Shown here in pieces: positions 14,001 to 26,000 of a stretch of DNA of 64,000 bases. Under the pieces are notes generated by a model, which was not told where the DNA came from, did not search any database, and was given only the letters and a program-made list of their open reading frames with translations. This DNA is from Raillietiella orientalis (Eukaryota), in contig JAYWIR010000017.1 in NCBI GenBank assembly GCA_036172245.1, forward strand, positions 1,426,001 to 1,490,000, in the 5' to 3' direction. The translations under genes and the position numbers were made by a program. Each line of letters starts with the position of its first letter. The first letter of the stretch is position 1.

Positions 14001-17000
14001 TCGTTCGTTACTTCAAAGAGAAGTAGTTCTTGTTTGCGTCGGGAGATGGCATCAAACTCTTGATCCTGCTTCGTAATGTCAACGAAGTATTTACGCTATT
14101 TTCTCGTTTTGAATGATTGCAACCGTATAAACCCAAGAAATTTTTTTTTTTCATAGTTAATGTTGACATTTCTTGCACACGGCACGAAAGAAAATTTGTG
14201 TAACGTAATATAGGATTCCTGTCCATCCGAGACAGCTTTCAGAATGAATTCCATCGTTGGCTGGAAAATTTCGATTGGGCTCTTTTCATCCACTCTGAGG
14301 AAATTTTAGGCATTCTACTCGAAGCATTAGGTTCACATTCGTGACCGTGTTTTCGTGGAGTGGTATGTTTCCCTTGTCTGGTTGTGTATCTTCTGAAAGG
14401 TTCATCCTTCTGTTGAACTGTGTTCTATGTTTCACAAGTGTTAATAAATTTTGCTGTACCATCGCCTCTGCTCCAGAGGATTTAGTTTAGGAAAACGAAG
14501 GACTTTTGCGAGATAATCGGCGATTCAAGTTTCCACAACATTCGATGTTACACTGTTATGACGGCATTTGCAAAGAGGAGATCTTTGCATCGTTATCTAC
14601 AGGAAAATGATCCACAGAACTTCCATAACGGTTAACGAGCAAAGCAGTTTTAAAAATAAATAAATAAATGCCAAGGATTTTTGTTGCTTTGGAGACTAGG
14701 CACTCGCTCTTCATTTTTCGAACTCGAAGATGTGGAAATCATTCCGAGTAGCTTCAGTGTTCTTGCTTTAATTGCCTTCATAATTGATTCATAGATGCCC
14801 AGGGAAGTCTGAATATTTCCATGACAACGCATAAACATTGCCATGAGTGTCTTTGATGCTTTTTGATCTTGAGAACTTTAAAAACCACGCTTCATGCAGG
14901 ACGCCGATCAATCGAAAGCGTACCTCGATTCAAAATCTTTAAGTGATACTGCAGCTGAAAGGTGGAGACGAAATTCCATCTTCAGAGGTTCATTCACGCG
15001 TTTTCTTCCAAGCATGCTTAGTGGATTGAACTGCACCACTGGCAGGAGTTTTATTTTTAATTTCTTTTTGTTTTGAATAGGATCGCACCTTTTCTTCGAT
15101 TTTATGACGAACATTCACTACCGGAAACGGTCCGTGATAAAACTACGGGAGGGGTTTTACCTAATGTTGGCTCCTCCGTTCACCTCCAATGGGGTGAGAA
15201 AAAAAATCTGTTTCGACCCTGTTCTCGCCAATCTTCCGAGGAGATTGGTCGTTTCATTGCAATTTAGATACTCAGATGCTTTTTGAGTGTGTCGCATTGT
15301 CCGGATGGATTCGGAGCGTGTCCTGGGCATCCGTGCCTTCTTGTTTTTGCTGCGAAGAGAGCTGAGGAAGAAAATTGAAATTCCATTCTCTAACCCTTCT
15401 GTACTGGGGGTTGTCCATGCATCCCAAACACCTTGACAACAGCAATCACTGTGTACTCGTTAAAATGAAAAAACAAACAAACAGACAAAAGAATGTTAAT
15501 AGAGTGATTATCGAAAAAAGTGACATGCATATCATGTGCTTTTTTTTTTTTTTTTTTTTTCGTTTTGTTTTCATCCAAATTATTTTCCTTGCATTTCATC
15601 GGGTGAGTTCCCCAACTTTGTAGGGCATGGATGGAGGTGGTCTGCACTCTATCGCGTTCCAGATAGAGGGAATTATGGGATTTTCAAGTCAGATTAAGAA
15701 AGAAACGCAGGTACTTTCAGATGACAAGGCGTTGCCATTTTCATGGATGAACTGGTAACTTAATTCTGCGGCTGGTTCTCGAAATCCAGATGCATCGAAC
15801 ACTCGTTCTATAGGAAACATCACCAGCGAGAGACCATCAATGTGTTTAAGAAACAGACCCTTTGTGGCCAAGGTCCTGATATGTGATCGCTATTAGCTTC
15901 CTTTCTTTTATAAGGAAGTGCCTACTAGTGAATATCCGAGAATTACTCCTTTGTAGAGCTAATTAGGTTCCCTTCTGTGGTATCGATTTTCGCCGTTGAC
16001 CTTGAGCGTACCCAGACTCTCGCATCTTCCTTTCCAGTTGTGCTACCGAAATCATTGCCTTCTTCCGTGTTTAAGTGTTTTTCATTGCAAGAGATTTTCG
16101 ATTGCACATGAATTTCATTCCAGAACAATCAAGTTGATGCCGAAGCGTTGGATGAGACTTGGGAGAGTTGGAGAGAAGTGATTTATCCCGTTCGTGTGTG
16201 GGGTATTTATTCTACCAGTTTCCTTTCAGCATGTTCGAAACATATTCTGCAGGAAATAGTGTTACCTAGTTGCATTGCACTCAACATCCGCAAGACACTT
16301 GATCTACCCAGTTTTCACTTTGCAAACTTTTACACAGCGGTCTCATTCGTGTTCTTGAGATCTGATGAAAACATCGAAAACGAAGTACGCTGGTGTGTGT
16401 GTTTTTCCGCCGTGTATTTTCTAAGGAGAGTTTTCGCTTTTCGTGATGGATACCATCATAGTGTTTTTTTTTTTTTTTTTTTTCTTCGATCTTCCTGCTC
16501 ATGGGTGCATCAGATGGATCATCGATTGGTTTTCGAAAGCGAATTCTTGCCAGGTCTTCCCACAGCAAGTGGGAAGACATCGATTTACCGGAATTTCAAC
16601 GCAATTCGAAGTGAAGCATGTTATTGCAGCCTGCATCACCAGCCAAATTGTCGCCCGGGCTGCTGTCATGGATTGTGGTCTCCGTAATAGATGCCCTTGA
16701 AGGATTTTCCATTTGCACCTTTAATCTTTCTGCTGATTTGTTCTTTTGCTATCATACCGAAAAGGGCATTCTCACACAAAGGAAAAAAATCAGCAGTCAG
16801 CATCGCTACATTCTGTAGTGAAAGACGTCAGTTTCTATTTAAGCACGGTGCCACTCAACAGTCCGATCTCCTTTACCGGCTTGTTTACATTCGAATCCAT
16901 GCATAAATCTCAACCGATTTGTGTCCCCACTCGAATGCTGCTGAATCGAACCATTGCTAAAAATCAGCCTTTGGTTTTCCGTTTCATTACCTTTTGTTCC

Positions 17001-20000
17001 CGCGTACAAAAAACACCTAAAGATCGTGAACAAAAAATTCAGTGTGAGCGTGCTCGTCTCAAAGTAAAAGGATCCTCAGAATTTGTTCGTGGCATTGATG
17101 GATCTTCCTCTTGAATATCCGCAAGGAAAATATACGCTCACCAGAGACTTTGGTGCGAGATTTTTTCATTCGCTCTTGCGCGGCTGGAGTCATTTTTAAA
17201 GAATCGTGTCTTTTTGTTTTTTCGGTTGATGGCAACGTTTAAGTGTTCTTCCAAGATTGGTAACGGAAGAGGAGTGGATAAAAACTGGTGCATAAGAAAA
17301 AAATGAAAAGAAAAGCGGATTGCTTGGCATCGGTGGCTCTAACCCCTACCATGCTGTGTATTCGGATTTTTCTTCCGTCTTCTGAAAGGAATTTCGGATG
17401 GACGAGAAAGGGGGGAAAATACCTTGCGGAACCATGAGGTGCTGTCGTCGATTTTCTTTATTCTTGCCGTAATATTTCCCTCTTCATGTAGTTTTAGTCC
17501 TCCTGAGTTGCGTATGCAAGGAAAATCGAACATTCCTCCGATAAATAAGACATTCCTGGCGGAGCGTTGCTATTTAAGAAATTTCCGTTTTTTCCCGTTT
17601 GGCAGCTTCTTGGATTCAGAGCTATACGTGATTCGCTGACATTGTGATTCTGGGTTGGTGTTCCACTGTAGACAGTGGCGTGTTCGTGCTCTGCGACCTA
17701 GATGATTTTTGTCTTTCTCGAGTTTTCTTTGGTGCTCTGAGCAAGAAGCGTGTTCCCTTTTTTGTACCTTCACGTGCTGCATTTGCGTGCCCTACTGGTT
17801 TCCATTAATTTTCAACTAAGGCTGCTATATGGGTATATCATTTGTAGTATCGAACAATGCTTTACAATTTGACCACTGTGCTCTTACGATGAAAACTGAC
17901 CAGTGGACGTCCACGGACAGTTTTTCCCTCTTTTTTTTGGTATTACTTTACTGCAGCAGCAGCTTCTTGTTCCCAGTATCTGCACCTGCCTTGTCTCAGA
18001 GACATGTGAAAGACGGTGCTCAAGAATGGATCTTTGTCCTCTTGCGCCCTGCTCCCCGATCAAAATACCTTCGATCAAGAGTTTTCTGACTGTTTCATCT
18101 TATGTTTCTGTTGATGTTTTTGTCAGTGAATTTCTGCTACCATCGCCATCCCGTGTCCGTTCTTGATAAGTTTTGCATTCAGCTTCCTCTTTAGTCGGTT
18201 GAGTAGCCTGCGCTCGTGGTCATCAAATCCCAGTTTGCATTGCAAATCTAGAAGTGGATGGGTTTCCATTTTTGCCATCGCGTTTTTGTTTTCTTCCCCT
18301 ATCGTCTCAAAATTAAGCTTCACGCTTCATCGGGCAGAAACACCGAGACATGGCGCGATATTGCTCTTTGGAAGCTCATGGTTTCGCTAGCGCTCGTCGA
18401 CGTCGGTGTGGCATTGCTTGTCATTTCCACTTGTGTATTTGGCCAAGTCTCTCTTGGAAGGTTTGGGAATTTTTTTACATCCACGGCTGCAGGAGCTCTC
18501 TTCTTATCGGTATCTCTTATTTCTCTCAGCTTTCATATTATTCTTAACCATTTTTGGCGAGTGGTCATCCCGTTTGGAAGCATGCGCAAGCAGCAGCAGG
18601 TGTTATCATAGTGCGATATCTAATGGCATCCTTGATTGCTTCTCGTTCCCCGAGGATCCTTGAAACCCGTTTCATCCATCCCGATGTTTCGTACGATGGG
18701 AATTTTTTTGTGGAACTTACGCAGCATCCACATCCCCCAAGCTCAGAATCGGCTTGCTCTCGATTGTACTTATCACTTCGAGCTGTTCCCTATTTCTAAG
18801 AAGTTCCCAGCAAAATGTGACCAGTTGCCAGCCGTCTTCTGTTTCCAAGTCTCTCGTTCTTCCTTGTGGGAGCGTGAAGTTCAAGTCGACTCCTCCTCAT
18901 CACGACCATGCGCACTTCTCTAGCTTTGGGTACATTTTGAATCCGGGATCGCATCGAGTGTCTGGCAAACATGGCATCGCTTTTTGCCTGTACTGAAAGT
19001 CCAGGTGCATGCTCTGCCACATTTGCGGTCAATGCCGTGTGCGTTGTGGAATCTCCATGATCTAGAGGGAAGCGAAAATGGGAATTTGAAAAGAACTAGG
19101 AAGGGGTTGAAACCTATCCGAGATGGCAGATGTAACCACAGAAGGAATGGGGAATGTCAATCGGTTTGCTCTTCACAAATTCTGGAGTTCGTTTGAGTTA
19201 CATGTGCTTTTCCATCTCCCGGATTGGGAGTCTGGCACTATGTCTTTTTTTCCTTTAATTTCGTCTTTAATTTTGCCGTATAAGAACGAGAGTATTCGTT
19301 GGTTGTGGTTGTCGTCCCGAGTCTCATGTGCCTTGCTTTCCCCCGGTTCCTGTGGGCTTGCAAGTAGTATGCTTGGCCCACTGCAAGCTGGTTTTCTTCT
19401 TGTAACGTCGCACTGTTGTTGCTTGTCTTGTAAACAGCATCTGAGCACTCTTCCACAGAATCCAATTTTTTCTCACTGTTGTTTTTATTTTCAGCTCCCA
19501 GCAGTCGATCCTTTCATGTCAAAATGCCTGGAAGATCTGAGTAAGTATCGAACTTTCGTGCTCGTAGTCGCATTTTTGTGCATGCCTTTGGAAGATGAGA
19601 TCGCTTGTAAATCCCCATCGCTAGCTTGAAGCAGAGTTCACCGTTCTTTGAAAAGACAGCCATCGAGGAAGGCGCTAAAGCAAAGACTTTGTCCAGGTTT
19701 CTATTTCTTTGGAGTTAGCGTATCCCGGCATGCTTTCGAGGCGCATGGGCGTTTGCGTACTTTTTTTGGTACGCCTGCGCGCTGTATAGTTTTTTCCTGT
19801 CCAACACTGGTGCTGAGGATTCCCAAAACAAATACGAGTAGTGTGTGCTGTGCGTTCCATGTTTGCTTTTTTCTGCCTTTTACACTCGCAGAGGTGTGCC
19901 AGTTCCTTAGCGGAGTTCTCGGTTTGCATTCCCTGCGATGGTAGTCGAAAAGAACCATGTTGGTAGCAGCTGTCCCAATTTTTCGTCCCTTTCTCGGAGA

Positions 20001-23000
20001 AGCTCGAAGTCGGAACTGACAGTTGCCAATTTCCAAAAGGAGTCCTCTTCCGTTCATCACCCTAAACTTCCGTACTGGATTGTGTGGTCCAACCGGCTGA
20101 ATTTGCAGCTTGAGGAAGATAGTGACACCTATCGCTTGGATCAGATTGTGGAATTTGATGTAAAGCAGGAAACCAACCGCAAGTTGATCCAGAAGTTGTT
20201 TGGAGAATTTCACACGGTTGGCTTAGGTCAGAACGGTGAATTTCAAAGCGAAGGAACCTCTTGTGTCTTAACGATTTTTTAATAGGTCATGTTCGGCGCA
20301 TCGCTCGATTAATTCCGCTACTCTTAGATCGCTTATGGAAAAAAAAAAATGCTTGTAGTTACCACCACGCTATGGGTTGTTTATGAAACGGGTGCGTCAT
20401 TTGAGACAATAAGTAATCCTGTCTTTTCGCGCGGAACCCAGTATTGCGTGTCTTTCTGCGTGGAGTGTCTGTAGCAGGTCTAGTGATTTAGTTTTTCCAT
20501 TGCAACCAACTAATTAGTAGGTCAAGTGCATGAACCTAGTAGAATGCCACATCGTTTTCGCTGTGATGCGCCGTTTCGGATATCTGCCTGGTAGTTGTTT
20601 CCATCTTTCGGTATTGACTGTTCAGCACGCTTAGAAAGTAGGAAATCTCTCGGTGACCTTTAAAGTTGCGGATACCTCGTGCTCTTAGAGAACCTGAGTT
20701 TACGTTTGTTTCTTGTTTTCTTTTGCTTTTTTTTTATTGCAGAGCAGGACGAAAGTCAAGTCTTCGTGAAGTTCTTCAAATACCACACTTGCTATGATCT
20801 CATCCCGGTTAGCGCAAAACTGGTCATCTTCGACACGAAACTGAACGTGAAGAAAGCCTTTTTCGCACTGGTTTGCAATGGTACGTATGCATCATTGAGA
20901 TCTCTTTCCGTGTAACTCGCAGTTTCCTTTTGCCCGAATGATCTTCGGATCTCAAATGTCCACCCTGAGTGAAAAAGTCTCTGTTCCGTCAAAACTGCAC
21001 CTTGCAATCGTGAGGAATCGGACGAAATTGAGTTGATCGAGTGTTTTTAGTAGAGAGCGAGCTGTCAAGCAGAGTATCGATGAAGCGCTTTCCATTCATC
21101 TCGAAGCTTTTCGAGGTGGCCAGTTGTCGTTTCTTGGGTTCCTCCACAAAGGTGCGGCCTTCGTTTTCTCTTCCAATTTCGAACATCCGCGACGAGTTCC
21201 GTTGCAACCATCGCAAAAAAAAAAAAAAAAACGACGCATGCAACTGTTGTCAACTTGCCATGGATCTCTTTGTTCTTTCTTTTCCTACTTGCCAGGGTGC
21301 TTCCCGTATTCTCGTTCTGGGAAAGCATTCTCGAATACATCGGACTGCTCCGGTTGATTGTCTATATGCTTGCAGTGTGTTGCCCACGTGAGGATAGTGT
21401 ACCGTAAGGGTTGTGGTCCCGTCGTTTCTGCTTCTGGAAGGCGATCTGCCTTCCTTCTCTGCCTTTCTGATTGGAAGTTCCCTTTCCCTTTCGAATTTTC
21501 GAGAATCTGTGTCCAGTCAGCACGTGGAATCGAATCGGATGTGACGCGCAGACTCCACGGCAGGAAGCATCTGGCCAACATTCTTATGATCGTTCGTTTG
21601 GTTTGCCAACGTTACCACATCACGATAGTGATCTTCGTCTTGTTTGAGAAAATGAGGAGAAAGAAGGGCATGTGGCCTGAATCCATCCGCCCCATCCCCC
21701 TCGAAGCATCCTGAAAGCCAGTGCATTCGTTTATTCATTCTGTCTGGATATATTCTGCAGTTTTGCGTTCCGTGTCTGGTGTCGTATGGGGTTTTCAAAA
21801 TTCCTCGGGTTCTTCGGCGGCAGTCTTTGGACCTGTTGAAAGCAGGAGAACTTCAGAAAGCTGAACGTTATTTATCGTAATATCCATGAGTGTGGTGCTG
21901 TGTTGTTATGGATGGTACAGATTTAGTGTAGCTCCTCTTTGTTAGTTCATTTGATTCTGATCGGGCTGCTTCGATGCTGGGGCGAACTTTGCTCAAAAGC
22001 AGCAGCTTTGTATCTGTACGCCAGACGCTACTAAAAGGGAAAAGAACCAAGAAAGAAAAAAAGTCACAAAGCGAAAGGCATAACCATGAGATGGTGCTAT
22101 TGGTGGTGATGAATTTCACTGATGATGACTCTGTGACTTCACAGATGTGTGAAGGTCGGGTGGACGTAACGAAACGAAGAGATTTTGATTAGTGCGGGCA
22201 TTTCTTGAAGTGGACAGTGCTTTATGTGTGTATTTGGAGTTGTTGATTTGACGAAGCTGCAAAAAGGAAAGCGTACTCTCAGAATCCGATCTGACATGGG
22301 TGAAATGCCACACTTCGCACCCGGCCAGGCAGAGACCAGGCGTAATAGATGTTCAGAGACTTCGAGCTTATTCTGCAGCTTTCGCAGCGTGCTATACGAA
22401 AGGGTGCTTTTTACTTGAACTTCCTTGCCTTACAGCGTCTGTTTGATGGAGATGCTTTATTAAGGAAGATTTCAGTTCTGGATGGAGAACTTTTCAAATA
22501 CATCATCAGTAGCCCATCAGTAGCGACTGTTTGGCTTCTTGGTCCTGCTTGCTCGGAGTTCTAATTGGATGCATTCTTGTGATTGTCACTGCTGATCCAT
22601 CGTGTGTGCGCTTGATGAATGCAAGGAATCATGGGTTACCACTCCGTTAAGCTGTACGTGGGCACTCTTCTAACGCTTGCCTCAAGTTTTCGAATTATGC
22701 CGGCTGCAGTAGAAATTCTGGTGACCGTTCGTCTCAGTGACCGTAGCCGTCGACCTCCTGTTACAGTTTGCATATCGCTGTTTCCTCCGGCAGCAGCTGG
22801 CCACATGATATGTCGAGGCGGAGTCAGGAATCCCACTGTGATCCCGTTCTGACGTCACCATCCCCGTATCCAGTTTTGACGTCATCACCCGTTGTTTGAT
22901 TATTATTCGTGCGTGTCGCTGACAACGTGCCCGAACTTCCAGGGACAGTTTTTGGATCGTTTTGTCACATCAGCAGAACGTGGCTTTTGCCACCCGGCAG

Positions 23001-26000
23001 GCTCTGCCAAGTGAGGAGAAACACGAACGAGGCAGGAGCAGTTGTCAAAGACGCAGCAACTGTTTTCGAAGTGCGCTCTGTCGTTTTGTGGCTCAAGTCG
23101 CGTGGAAGTTTTCGCTTTCCTTCGCACCACGAGGTACGTTTCCGTTGTTAATAGCCTATACGGGGTGTTCATGAAGATAAAACACAGTTGAAGGTGTTTC
23201 ATTATATTCAAACTTCGAGGCAGAAGGGGCCATTCATCAGTCCGAGTCGATTCCCCTGGAACTGAACGGATATCACGTGGGGATCCCAAATCGGGAAGGG
23301 GGGGGGGGGGACTTCTCCTTTAGTCCGGTGTTTGCTGTTTACCGGTCTCGACATGCTTTTCCTCTGATCATAATCCTGGTTGTCGTTCCGTCAGTTGGCA
23401 GCAGCTGGATCAAAACTAACAGCATGAAGGGGGGAAACGAAGAGAGATGCTTCGACGAAGCAGTTAGGTGTACTTCACCGAAACAGAAAGAAAGAAGCTG
23501 TCATCCACCCAAGGAACGTGGCCAGGATAAGTGAACCAATGGAATTGTTTGTAGCAGATTTAAAGCGGATGGAAATAGAATCAATAAAATGTGCGGCGAT
23601 AAGCCTTCCGGTTTCAAGAGCCAGCTGTTATCGAGGGAATGCAGAAGCTGTTGTCTTGCCAGAATAAAGCGTTGCAAGATAGGAGTGTAGCTCGTCATGT
23701 CAAAGTGTTGATTGAAGCAGAGAGGTATTTTGCGAGCAAGCAAAGGTCGACCTACAACTTCGGAAAAAGTTCCAGCTGGTGAGAATGCGTCATTCGTAGA
23801 GTAACTTTAAAGATTGAATTAGTAGCACTTCGTTGCATTAAGGGAGTGCATAGAAATATTTCTGTACAGGTAGTCTTCTATTTGGATTCATTCATTATAA
23901 TAATTCAATTCCCATATGCTTAAATTCAGTGTAGTATGAGTTAGGATGTATGTTCATGTTATATTCTTATCATCGTCGTTGTGGTTTGGCATTTCTGTTC
24001 GATAAACACGTGGCAACAGTGATTCTAAACTTGAGAATCCACATAAAAGTGGAAATAGGAAGAGCACGCTTAGGTTGTTTCGTGAACACCCTAAGCATGC
24101 AGATATTAATGCATGCCTGCACTCTTGACGCCGTCAGAGAAAAATTTCCCGCAGGAAGTGCACCCATGAAGCGCGTTTACTCATTAGAGAGGACAAACTT
24201 ATGGCGGTTGGCTTACTTCAACGATTCCCATTTGAGGTATCGGATTTGATGTAGGTAATGGAATTTTCGTCATTCTCGGACTGGTGGATGCGGACCGGGA
24301 AAGGAATAAAAAGATCGTCATTGGAACATGCTTAGCATGGGCAAATAAATCATTCCGTTGAAGGCATTGAGTTGAAAATGTCATATTGAGATGAAACGTT
24401 CCAAAACAGTTGTTTCCCCCTAGGCACCTTTACCTCTAGAACATCCCCACCCCCCCCTTCCTCCCGGGGAAGTGCTTTTGAAGCTTTTAAAACTCACACA
24501 TCTGAATGCAGGGCAACAAGTTGCTTGCTCATTCACATACAATTGAATTTCACAAAAGTACGTCTGAGGTCCCCTCATGGGATTTCCGGGTACTCCTTCC
24601 CGTGGCAAATCCCCTGTGCTTTCATCACCGCATAAGGAGTCCAATCGAAAGTGGGGACGCACGTTCCACGTGGATGATTCACATAAAAGTGGAAATCATG
24701 AAACCATGATGAGAACTCTCTGAGTGTCACAGATGTGGATGACCGGTGGCACAATTTTAAAAAACAGAAAATCCTCTACAAAACACTCAATCGAAGTTCT
24801 GAGCAACTCTTTCCGATTAAAAAACAAAAAACAAATCCCTAGCTTTAAACACTTTCTCTTGATACTTCCTAGAGACAAGCGTTTCCATGAAAACTGCTCG
24901 TCTTGGTGAACCGCATGTTGTAAATGATTTTCTTGTTTACACATCTTCGATGGCACTAACACGAGTCGTCTTTGCCGTGATAAAAACCAGTCAATTCCTA
25001 GGCAGGGAGAGTGTATTACACTGAAGAGAACTAGTTGGGAAGACGTTGACCAAATTTCGCGGGAAGGGAGGGCATTCCGTGGAAGGGGAGGCTCTCGAAG
25101 GCATGGGGACGGTAAAAAAACTTTGGGATCCATTTGTTGAGATTCGTTCGAAGATCGTTGCTCGATGCCAGTGGCAACGTAGCATAGTGATGCCTCTTTG
25201 CTACTACAAAGGCTAGTCAGCGAAGGACGTGTGTGTTGTTGGTGTGATGACTCGGAGAAAGAGTTGGGGGGGGGGGGGACCATTGCAGGGGAAGAGACAT
25301 CCTGGAGGCCTGTACGATTGTTTGCTCTGTCCAATTTTGCAAGCACCAGCAAAGGCTTGCGTGTCATCAGAATTCTGACTCGTCTCCCAAGCAAGGGGAT
25401 TCGGTCGTTTGTCTTCCAGTCGCGTTTGTTCTTTTCCCCACATGAGAAACAGCAGTGTGGAAGGAATGACAATATCAGCGAGCTTGGGTAGAAGACGGCT
25501 GGACCATGCCGCTCACTACGGGTTCCTTCTGTTTGGGAGCGAGGCAGGGATTCTGTCAATGACGAAGGATGCGGCAATTATGATGAAGAATCTTGCCACG
25601 GAGAACCGCATTCTTTCACAGTGATCCGGAGATCCAGCAGCGTACGCCTCTGCGTACCCCTTCCACTCCGATCTTAGCCAAAAGGTCGAGAAGCGACCAA
25701 CATGGAATGTCATGGTTCAAGTCCATCGTAACAGTGCGGAGCTTCGCAGATCCTTTTGAGTGGAACTCACACAAGATGGGAGGCGAGTCACAGTTCGAGC
25801 AGAACACGTGATGACTTGCTGGGTGGTAGCGCATTCAACAGGGAGAGGCAGCAAGGAATGAGCGACACCAGAGGCTAAAAAAACATGCAAATGTTTGACC
25901 AGAGTAATTCTTGCTCCCGACGCAAATCAGCGATCTGTGTCACCCAAGCGTGCCCGACGCCAGGAGTAGCGGATTTGAATGTCAAGTACTTTGTGAAAGT

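Noticed and set aside
24696..25577. Longest ORF in the track (293 aa, minus strand)
   Set aside because: No recognisable motif; adjacent to, and probably part of, the eroded LINE at 25.6-26.5 kb.
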